Below, in pieces: positions 57,801 through 64,000 of a stretch of 64,000 nt of DNA. How positions within the stretch are numbered: position 1 is the stretch's first letter; each line of letters starts with the position of its first letter. The notes beneath the pieces were generated by a model. It saw only the letters and a program-made list of their open reading frames with translations, did not search any database and was not told where the DNA came from. Both the position numbers and the translations under genes were made by a program. The stretch comes from an uncultured virus (IMG/VR IMGVR_UViG_3300036715_000622) (Duplodnaviria; Heunggongvirae; Uroviricota; Caudoviricetes): the IMG/VR virus record IMGVR_UViG_3300036715_000622. The stretch is one strand, 5' to 3'.

Positions 57801-58202
57801 ATTATCTATACCTTTAAAATCACCATCTACTCTAGCTGAAGTAATTTCGCCTTTAATATACTTATTAATTTTATCTACAGCACGTTCAAATTCGGGTTTA
57901 CCTTCTGGTCTAAATGTAAGCATCGCAGGATTACTAATAGGAAGGTATTTATCATCCACTAGAAGTCCTGCAAAGTTAGTAACGGATACTTTCGCTAGAT
58001 GCTTTGTTGCTTCTGAACCTACTGTAATAATGAAATCATAGTCATCTGGATTGAGTTCTAAGTCTACATCTTTTTTAAGAACTTTCTGTAAATATACAGA
58101 GCTTAGGTGTTTAAGGTCAAAATCAAAGTCAAAATACTTTTTATAGTCAGTTCTTATTGGGCATTTGTCGATAACAGCTATTCTTGGAGTTCTTCCATTC
58201 AT
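54810..58202 (-). CDS. Family A DNA polymerase (T5-like) with intein
   Basis: AVDTETT (ExoI), HNRKFD, TSGRLSS, RQAAKAVTFGILYG, LVHDSI; about 763 aa after splicing. Confidence 0.96.
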   Translation of the reverse strand: MNGRTPRIAVIDKCPIRTDYKKYFDFDFDLKHLSSVYLQKVLKKDVDLELNPDDYDFIITVGSEATKHLAKVSVTNFAGLLVDDKYLPISNPAMLTFRPEGKPEFERAVDKINKYIKGEITSARVDGDFKGIDNADEAMEFLLEVLNSGAKVIAVDTETTALYPRDGYILGISISYKLKQGRYINTDILTDEHIEILQRIIENYHIVFHNRKFDQKWLEYHFSLKFAPDCDDTMVEHYVLDETEGSHGLKGLAIKYTTYGDYDAALEDFKKNYCATHNILSADFTYDLIPFDIISTYACLTHDSLVFMADGTKKTIGELVRTKSTDKVLSYNEKTGQYEDSRINGWVKQTHPSKEWYSIVTGMYTTETIKDSGIYRGPKFTSDHKVLLSRGWSEVSSIQVGDRILSQEFDLTPDSYQILYGSMLGDGRFDSRNTSGAGFMVSQAASRKNYAKFKAEALGCTKVKVIVGDVDGRRQDIYQYYSEYSLLYTDLFRSSIFREGTKVQKPKITTDFSSNLNIKAIAVWYMDDGNLAGSAPRIWSRTMSDTERRIMIERLEVLGLKGARFFEDSEKNNQFFTWDREFQDNFFKSIAPYIHTDCAYKIPEQYRKLVNTYYWDTIGDKPYYAIIYKKVPWNPPVNKRGYSTKWCINVENNHCFFTDVGLVHNCIDTAVTLELHYKFKPLIDKQPKLKWVYDNILIPGVEFLMNMEEVGIPMSEERLLASEKYLDKWIQEAKEEVYGFAEVKQFEQDTGAIFNPNSVQQLRKVLFDYLKLTPTGKLTKTGALSTDAEVLEELSEEHPLPAAILKVRQLGKIKSSYISKILPELDKDGRIRTNFNLTFTTSGRLSSSGKFNAQQIPRDDPIIKGCIQAPPGYKIISQDLQTGEVYYAAVLSGDKALQNVFKQGGDFHSTIAKQVFNLPCAVEDVKKLFSLDRQAAKAVTFGILYGSGPQKVADTVNKEGGNLTLEDAQQVIKQYFNTFKGLKKWLTDTQEFIKANGYVYSFFGRKRRLPNVFSTDKGIAAHEVRSGVNATIQSVCSDVNLLGAIDTANEFRANNMDAKVFMLVHDSIVCIVRDDLVEQAREILTRNTQKDRGCSIQGQPIGVDQDVGQDYSFDKFEKKYEIIGDCLARI
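56208..57308 (-). mobile_element. Intein (367 aa) with LAGLIDADG homing endonuclease
   Basis: YA|CLTHDSLVFMADG ... FTSDHKVL ... LYGSMLGDG ... AVWYMDDG ... VENNHCFF...LVHN|CID. Confidence 0.95.
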
Positions 58203-59077
58203 TTGTTTACATATTCCTTTATACTGTGAACATATTCCTCGGACAGTTCACCTGGATCCGTATCTGGTTCTAATTCAATTATTTCTACTTCAAATTCACA
58301 AGCTTCAACTAATGGTTTAAGTTTCTTAGCTGCTTCGTCGCCAGCAGAATCCCCATCAAACATTATATACACCTTTGTTACACCCTGTGTCTTATATGCG
58401 AGTAGTTTTTCTCTAGTATCCTTTTGAAGTGTTTTTGTTCCAAAGGTACAAACTACATTAGTAAGTCCTTTATCATAACAGTTTAAGAAGTCGAACATAC
58501 CTTCAACTAATATGATACTTTTACTATTCTCTTCTAATGAGGCTGGGAATAGTGGAATAGTTACACCAGAGGGAAAATTCCTATATCTAGGATTACCATT
58601 AGATAGAGTATGCCTACCAAGAAACATTACTACTTTTCCTGTAATATCTTTGATTGGAAAAATAATTCTATCTTCCATACCTGCAAAGTGTTTATCTTCC
58701 TGTGGGATATAAAATGCGCCAAATTTAGTAAGGGTATTTTTACTAATTCCTCTAAAAATATTAGTATAAGGAATCCAACTATTGGGATATTCTAACCCAT
58801 CTTTAGATACCTTAAGTGCTTTTAGTTTTTCTTTTAATTTAGCCACCTTAATAAAGGATTGATTAGTAAATATACCATAGTATTTAAATATATTACCACT
58901 ATACCCACATGATAGGCAATGAAAAATACCTGTTACTTTATCAATCTTTAATGAAGGATTCTTATCCTCATGATCTGGTGATAGACAACGAATTACTAAA
59001 TCATTGGCAGAATACCTATAGTATACTCCTTTTTCTTTTAGTAGGTTTTCTACATAGTCCATAACTTTTTCCACCAA
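58199..59077 (-). CDS. DNA primase (CHC2 zinc finger + TOPRIM)
   Basis: CLSPDHEDKNPS...FHCLSCG, RIIFPI, LVEGMFD, MFDGD.AG, DPG. Confidence 0.93.
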   Translation of the reverse strand: MVEKVMDYVENLLKEKGVYYRYSANDLVIRCLSPDHEDKNPSLKIDKVTGIFHCLSCGYSGNIFKYYGIFTNQSFIKVAKLKEKLKALKVSKDGLEYPNSWIPYTNIFRGISKNTLTKFGAFYIPQEDKHFAGMEDRIIFPIKDITGKVVMFLGRHTLSNGNPRYRNFPSGVTIPLFPASLEENSKSIILVEGMFDFLNCYDKGLTNVVCTFGTKTLQKDTREKLLAYKTQGVTKVYIMFDGDSAGDEAAKKLKPLVEACEFEVEIIELEPDTDPGELSEEYVHSIKEYVNK

Positions 59078-59247
59078 GGTTTAATTAAAGGCTTAAAACA
59101 CTTAGCTTCTACCCCACAATATTCAGCAGTTCTAGCTACTGTTAAAAATACTGTTTCCGATTTACCTTCTATCAGTGATTTTCCATTACATGGTGAGTTA
59201 CAAAATACATCTGATATATTATACCTACAATTAGTGCATGATTTCAT
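59050..59247 (-). CDS. Small Cys-rich hypothetical protein
   Basis: MKSCTNC...C...AR...CG.EAK.F.P; resembles 1039-1248. Confidence 0.6.
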   Translation of the reverse strand: MKSCTNCRYNISDVFCNSPCNGKSLIEGKSETVFLTVARTAEYCGVEAKCFKPLIKPWWKKLWTM

Positions 59248-59437
59248 CTTTATATACTCCACAATCCATACGCCAAGGACATTGGGATAAAAACATAGTG
59301 GAGCAGTCGTCTTCCCCAAAACATACTGGCGGTATTACTCCACGTAGTTTTTTAATTGTATTATGAAGGGCTAGGCGTTTATTGCCTAGGTTCGCTTCTT
59401 CGTCTAATAGTATTTGCATTATTGTTGGATTAATCAT
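59231..59437 (-). CDS. Hypothetical protein
   Basis: CFGEDDC....CPWR.DC; abuts the helicase stop. Confidence 0.55.
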   Translation of the reverse strand: MINPTIMQILLDEEANLGNKRLALHNTIKKLRGVIPPVCFGEDDCSTMFLSQCPWRMDCGVYKDEIMH

Positions 59438-60817
59438 TTAGGCATCCCAGGGTAAATCCGTTGCGGGTTCTTCTACTTTATGCGACTTTTTTCCAGCTTT
59501 CTTAATAGTTTCCTTTTCCGGTGGAGGCTCAACTGAATGTGGGCTAATTCTAAGAGTATCCCAATTCATACCACTAGTAAATGTTCCCTCTCTAGCTCCA
59601 CGAGATTTGGTAGTTTCAAAACCTAAAGCATTAGTACTTTTATCATGGGCTTCCATAATAAGAGAAGTATCAGCAGCATCCAGAATACCTTTAGCGAATC
59701 TAGCCTCTCCTGAAGCATCAATTTGATATGGGCTAAGCATAACTACATCATACTTACGGGCTAGGTCTTTTAACTTCTTGGATACTAGCACTTGGGGCTG
59801 CCAATCAAACTGACTATATCCACCCTCAATAACGATCTGATTTAGATAGTCAACTACTACCGTGGTTAGTTTATCTCCAAAGCGTGCTTTTAATTTACCT
59901 ACGTGTAGGTCAATAGAAGATAGTGTAAGTGCTCTATCATCCACAATTATGATCTGATTATCTACTTTTAGTTCTTTTTCTTTTACTAGACGACTTTCAA
60001 ACTTAAACCTATCACCAGTTTCTATAAACTCTTTAACTAGATCAGATGCGTCCTGAAACATATTAGCTCGTGCTTTTACTAGCTTGAGGGTCTCATCTGG
60101 AGTCAGTTTATTATGTTTCAGGTTCTGATGATTAATGTCTGCATGAATACTCATAATACGTTTCAGAGTTTCTGCGCTAGTCATCTCAATAGTGAAATAC
60201 ACTGATGAATTACCCATCTCATATTGATTTACCACCACGTTAGCCGCTGTAATAGATTTACCAGATCCGCGCTTTCCACCAATTAAGATCAGATCCTGTC
60301 TAAGAACACCGATATCTGCATCAAAGGTATTGTTAAGACCTAAGAATACTCTATTACGTGCTACTTCATCTTCATGTTCAAATAATAGCATATTATTCAT
60401 TGAATATACACCCTCAGTAGTAAGGGTCTTTTCATCAATGGTTTGCACTATGTGTGCTAGATTATCTTTAATTTCTATTGTGTCAAATAGTGGTAGTTTA
60501 TCTACAAACCTATCTAGTAACCTAATGGTTTCGTCTTGCGTATACTGATCTATTAACGCATCTAGCGCGACTTCCGCGCTTATTTCGTCAACTTGTACTA
60601 ATTTAAGAGCAGCAACTACTTTGGAGGTTGCACCCTCTCTTAAAGAAATTTCTAAATCTTCAAATGTTGGAAGACTATTATATTTATTATAGTGTCTTGA
60701 TATTGCACTATATACTGAGGAGTATGCAGAATCTAAGAAGGATATCTTTAATTTTGCCCATAAATCTAGGCTGCCCTCAGTCAATAGCTTATTAAGAACT
60801 ACCGCTGAAATATCTAT
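59438..60817 (-). CDS. Replicative DnaB-like helicase (T5-type)
   Basis: GGKRGSGKS, FTIEM, VVDYLNQ, SPYQIDASGEARFAKGILDAAD; probable ATA start at 60817. Confidence 0.9.
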   Translation of the reverse strand: MDISAVVLNKLLTEGSLDLWAKLKISFLDSAYSSVYSAISRHYNKYNSLPTFEDLEISLREGATSKVVAALKLVQVDEISAEVALDALIDQYTQDETIRLLDRFVDKLPLFDTIEIKDNLAHIVQTIDEKTLTTEGVYSMNNMLLFEHEDEVARNRVFLGLNNTFDADIGVLRQDLILIGGKRGSGKSITAANVVVNQYEMGNSSVYFTIEMTSAETLKRIMSIHADINHQNLKHNKLTPDETLKLVKARANMFQDASDLVKEFIETGDRFKFESRLVKEKELKVDNQIIIVDDRALTLSSIDLHVGKLKARFGDKLTTVVVDYLNQIVIEGGYSQFDWQPQVLVSKKLKDLARKYDVVMLSPYQIDASGEARFAKGILDAADTSLIMEAHDKSTNALGFETTKSRGAREGTFTSGMNWDTLRISPHSVEPPPEKETIKKAGKKSHKVEEPATDLPWDA

Positions 60818-60935
60818 GGTACTTCTCCTTTATACACTTTCCATTTTTAGATCCTTTTTATGTACTTCTCTATATTAGAACTACATACTACATAAAAATA
60901 ACCATTACTAAAGGCTAATTTATAATTATCAATAG

Positions 60936-61238
60936 TCATATTGATGCTTTTTCTTCTGTATCCATTAATACTTCATCTAGGATTTCTCCAAGTTTATATA
61001 AAGTATCTGCTCTTAGAACTCCAAGATCTGTTTGATAAGTAGAACCACTATCATATATTAAGGATAGATGTTTACCAGTTATATACCTTTGTATTCCAAA
61101 GTATATATAGTCCAAAGGAGACGAGGATTCAGGACCAACTTCCACCTTAACTGAATTACCATAGTTATTTTTTGCGTTTTTTATTACTTCTTCTATTAGG
61201 AAAGACTCATTATCATGGTATTCAATTTTTACTTTCAT
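60936..61238 (-). CDS. Hypothetical protein
   Basis: 100-aa ORF between D5 and helicase. Confidence 0.65.
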   Translation of the reverse strand: MKVKIEYHDNESFLIEEVIKNAKNNYGNSVKVEVGPESSSPLDYIYFGIQRYITGKHLSLIYDSGSTYQTDLGVLRADTLYKLGEILDEVLMDTEEKASI

Positions 61239-61254
61239 TATACTCTATCCATAG

Positions 61255-61294
61255 AAAAAAGGGGCAGGAGTCTTTCAAAACTCTCTGCCCTTCT
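61255..61294 (-). terminator. Intrinsic terminator after D5
   Basis: GGGCAG..CTGCCC stem followed by a T-run on the minus strand. Confidence 0.65.
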
Positions 61295-61305
61295 CATTTA
61301 CTTAA

Positions 61306-62058
61306 TTAAGCTGCCTTAGCTTCTTTGGCTTCTGCTTTGGCCTTTTTCTCAGACCCTTTATAGTCAGCGCAGTCAATACCACGACGAGTAAGTAGGGTTT
61401 TGATACCACGCTCTGTCTTATCAACTGCCTTAGCAATTTCAGCTACAGTCATACCAGCAAGAGCCTTACCAAGTGTGTCTACAGGATCAACCACATCTTT
61501 AGCATGGCTTTCTTTCTGCGCTGGAATCTTAGTAATAGCGCCAGAACGCAACAGTGAAAGAGCCTTACCACGAGCACTAGAAAGTTTCTTACCAAGAGCA
61601 TCAGCTATTTCTTCGATGAACTTACCACTTTCAGCCATAGAAATAAACTTTGCTTCTTCTTCTTCAGTGTAATTACGTTGAACTTCAACTTTCTCAGTTG
61701 CTTTAACTGCGCCAGTCAACTCCAGAGCGAGAACCTTGCCCTGAATTTGTTTAGCGTTGAACTTACCATTAGCAAAGGCTTCAGCAATTTCTTTGTAGGT
61801 ATACTTACCGGCGTTAGAGTTAACGAAACTAATTAGTTCAGTTGTTTCATCTTCGGAGAATGCAGATACTTTCTCTTTAGCCATAGAAGCAACAGTATGT
61901 TCCAGAGTACGTAGCTTAGATGCTACGGAACGAACGCTAAATCCTAGAGCCTCAGCTGCTTTCTCAACAGTAGCTACAGATACGGGGGACTCAGAGCCTA
62001 CAATATTATTCAAGGTTGTAACAGCTTCGTCAGTCCATTTCTTTGTCTTTTCAGTCAT
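61306..62058 (-). CDS. D5: T5 D5-like DNA-binding protein
   Basis: KWT.E...SVRSVASKLR...TY.EIA...KQIQGK.L.LELT...S.RGKALSL.R...RGIKT.LTRRG..C.DY.G. Confidence 0.9.
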   Translation of the reverse strand: MTEKTKKWTDEAVTTLNNIVGSESPVSVATVEKAAEALGFSVRSVASKLRTLEHTVASMAKEKVSAFSEDETTELISFVNSNAGKYTYKEIAEAFANGKFNAKQIQGKVLALELTGAVKATEKVEVQRNYTEEEEAKFISMAESGKFIEEIADALGKKLSSARGKALSLLRSGAITKIPAQKESHAKDVVDPVDTLGKALAGMTVAEIAKAVDKTERGIKTLLTRRGIDCADYKGSEKKAKAEAKEAKAA

Positions 62059-62080
62059 TTTATTGCCTTTATAATTTATA

Positions 62081-62824
62081 TTAAATCAAATCAAGAAGAT
62101 TTGTTATGATTGTGATACCATATTCGTCAGCTTTTTTTCGCTTAGAACTATTTTTATTGTCCTCATCAACTAGGTAGTTGGTTGTTTTTGTTATATTTTC
62201 TACTACCCTAAAACCAGCATTTATTAGAATATTTGTTGCTTCCGCTTTAGTTTTAAAGGACTTTAATTTTCCAGTAATGCATACTGTTTTTGCATTTACA
62301 TCTACTGGCTTACTGCATGGAGTTTCAAAAGAAAAAGGTAAAAATTCTTTTAACTCTTGATACTCCGTGTTAATCCAATCCATAAGATTGGCTGTTGCTT
62401 TTTCCCCAAGTCCTGCTTTTTTACATATCTCCAAGGTTATATCATCAATATTACTTACTAGTGGAGCTATTTTATTACTAGCAGAATTCCCAATAAGGGG
62501 AATAGAAAAAGATGCTAGTACTGTTGCTAAAGATGCCGATTTTGCTCTTTCGATTTCATCCAGTAGTTTAAGGGCTACTTTCTCGCTTCCTAGTAGCCTT
62601 CCAGTTTCTACTGGATCAAGATAGAACAACTCGGTCAGATCTGAGAGATTTAATTTTTCTATACTCTTTTCACCAAGTCCTTTAATGCCCAAAGTCTTAG
62701 CGAAGTGCTGTAACTTTCCGTTGACTTGCGCTGAGCACGCAGTATTACGGCAGAAGAGCTGGTCGTTCACCTTGATCAAGGGGTACTCGCAGCAGGGGCA
62801 ATTAGTAGGAATTTGTATTTTCAT
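62081..62824 (-). CDS. ligB: NAD-dependent DNA ligase subunit B (Zn finger, HhH, BRCT) of the T5-type split ligase
   Basis: IPTNCPCC...FCRN..C, IKGLGEK, CITGKL...SSK.KKA..GI. Confidence 0.9.
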   Translation of the reverse strand: MKIQIPTNCPCCEYPLIKVNDQLFCRNTACSAQVNGKLQHFAKTLGIKGLGEKSIEKLNLSDLTELFYLDPVETGRLLGSEKVALKLLDEIERAKSASLATVLASFSIPLIGNSASNKIAPLVSNIDDITLEICKKAGLGEKATANLMDWINTEYQELKEFLPFSFETPCSKPVDVNAKTVCITGKLKSFKTKAEATNILINAGFRVVENITKTTNYLVDEDNKNSSKRKKADEYGITIITNLLDLI

Positions 62825-62856
62825 CTTCTCTTAGCGATCTCTCAGTGTATATAGAT

Positions 62857-62885
62857 ATTATACAGGGTTTAGGCATTAAAGTCAA
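62857..62885 (-). promoter_or_regulatory. Early sigma70 promoter upstream of ligB
   Basis: TTGACT-17-TATAAT. Confidence 0.8.
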
Positions 62886-62903
62886 GACTAATTTTTTTGA
62901 TGC

Positions 62904-63107
62904 TTAATGAATTGATACTGATTTAAAGTACTTGGGATGCATACCCTCAACAAAGTCACCATCTTCATAGGGGGCATCATTATCAGCATGTACAACTACG
63001 CCAGAAAAACTATTTTCATCTTCATTTATGTGGGTTACTGTAACAAAATACCTAATATCCTTCTTACGCTCAACTTTATCACCAATTACCATATTTTTTA
63101 GTTTCAT
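62904..63107 (-). CDS. Hypothetical protein
   Basis: GAGG SD; 67 aa. Confidence 0.6.
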   Translation of the reverse strand: MKLKNMVIGDKVERKKDIRYFVTVTHINEDENSFSGVVVHADNDAPYEDGDFVEGMHPKYFKSVSIH

Positions 63108-63109
63108 TT

Positions 63110-63352
63110 TTATTTCCTCTTATTCCACTTTTCGATTGCTTCTTCTCGTGTATCTCCATGCATTTCTGCACCACAACCTACAGAGCAATGTAGCGAATAG
63201 CACCACTGCTCTTTTGGTACTTCACTAAGCTTATGATACGTGCGACATTGTAGCTCTTCATTAAATTTCCACCCAATGCCATTAGGATAGAGTGTATCCG
63301 GGTCATCTAAATCTACTTTCTTTCCGCAAAATGGGCAGTCCTTCATTACCAA
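63110..63352 (-). CDS. Lar-family (restriction alleviation-like) zinc-finger protein
   Basis: MKDCPFCG...CSVGCGA...TREEAIEKWNKR. Confidence 0.65.
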   Translation of the reverse strand: MVMKDCPFCGKKVDLDDPDTLYPNGIGWKFNEELQCRTYHKLSEVPKEQWCYSLHCSVGCGAEMHGDTREEAIEKWNKRK

Positions 63353-63807
63353 TTTCCTTTATCTGCGGCATAACTTGCTGCAAATGCCTCTGGTTTAACT
63401 TTTGGGTTAATTCCATGCACCCCTTTAATATACCCAATTGCTTGATGCAAAGCGCATGAAGAACCATGTAATTCGTTAGGATTGATATCTAAATGAATTT
63501 CGCAATGTTTGTTCCCTATAGTATCTGTTAGTTCTAAGAAGAGCTCTGATACTTTGTATACTTCATTCATCATTCTATAAGATGGCCTATTGAACTTCTT
63601 ATCATAGTCAGGTTCAGACTCAGAGTATCCAAATACTTTAGCGCCATGTTTACCATCTTTGTGGATAACCACTACTACTGTGTAACGAGCAAACCACTTT
63701 CCATCTTTTTTGAACCTTTCAGAATCTGCTCCAAAGTAAATCTTGGAGTCATCTGAGCTTTCTTTGATAAAGTCTTTTACTCCATCTAATTGTTCTGTAC
63801 TAAACAT
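63346..63807 (-). CDS. RNase H-like YkuK (DUF458) family protein
   Basis: IYFGADS, VVIH..GKHG, RM..EV, EIHLDINP, KP.AFAASYAAD. Confidence 0.8.
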   Translation of the reverse strand: MFSTEQLDGVKDFIKESSDDSKIYFGADSERFKKDGKWFARYTVVVVIHKDGKHGAKVFGYSESEPDYDKKFNRPSYRMMNEVYKVSELFLELTDTIGNKHCEIHLDINPNELHGSSCALHQAIGYIKGVHGINPKVKPEAFAASYAADKGNW

Positions 63808-64000
63808 TGGTCTTTTAATTCCTGAATTTGGTCAAACTTGGCTTGGATAACACCTTCTAGTACTTTATCCCCAAAATCGTAATTATCAGGAATACCTAGA
63901 TTATACACATCTCTATCAAAGCCTGTTTCTTGCAATTGCTGATTTACTACGCTAAAAGCATCGTCATCTGCACATAGTACTAATTCTGCCCAAAATAGAT
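63786..64000 (-). CDS. Partial CDS (3' end), possibly low-molecular-weight protein tyrosine phosphatase-like
   Basis: ...WAELVLCAD...LGIPDNYDFGD..L; truncated by the window edge. Confidence 0.45.
   Translation of the reverse strand, partial: LFWAELVLCADDDAFSVVNQQLQETGFDRDVYNLGIPDNYDFGDKVLEGVIQAKFDQIQELKDQCLVQNN

Noticed and set aside
1039..59247. Resemblance between small Cys-rich ORFs 1039-1248 and 59050-59247
   Set aside because: Similarity is limited to Cys spacing and a CG..AK.F motif; too weak to assert paralogy without a search.
1..64000. tRNA or rRNA genes; alternative genetic code
   Set aside because: No cloverleaf or T-loop signatures were recognised in the intergenic gaps. Genes read full-length in the standard code and end in all three stop codons.

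Overview
This window is about 64 kb of a lytic T5-like siphophage genome (Demerecviridae-like; host not determinable from sequence). It has three blocks. (1) 1-5.4 kb is a pre-early / first-step-transfer-like region: small minus-strand genes (two A2-like proteins, DEDDh exonuclease, HAD phosphatase, two SprT-like proteins) in short transcription units, interleaved with repeated regulatory modules and a 26-bp tandem array. (2) 5.6-43.1 kb is the plus-strand late module: terS, a TPR-glycosyltransferase, terL, endonucleases, portal, a fused prohead protease-major capsid gene, neck and tail genes, a -1 frameshifted chaperone, a 2496-aa tape measure, a non-T5 tail tip, an accessory virion-protein operon, lysis genes and phoH. 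(3) 43.2-64 kb is the minus-strand T5-type replication module: dut, thyX, D15, D14, D13, D12, D11, D10, DNA polymerase, primase, helicase, D5 and ligase subunit B. The main finds are: five rightward sigma70 promoters with a GC-rich discriminator that face no ORF and are followed alternately by Fur-box-like and IHF-like sites; a tandem array of perfect IHF-consensus sites; a 423-nt group I intron that splits the D10 helicase Walker A and holds a homing-endonuclease remnant; a LAGLIDADG intein in the polymerase ExoIII motif; a protease-capsid fusion with an internal start; and a likely ATA start for the replicative helicase. All calls come from reading motifs by eye; no database searches were run.
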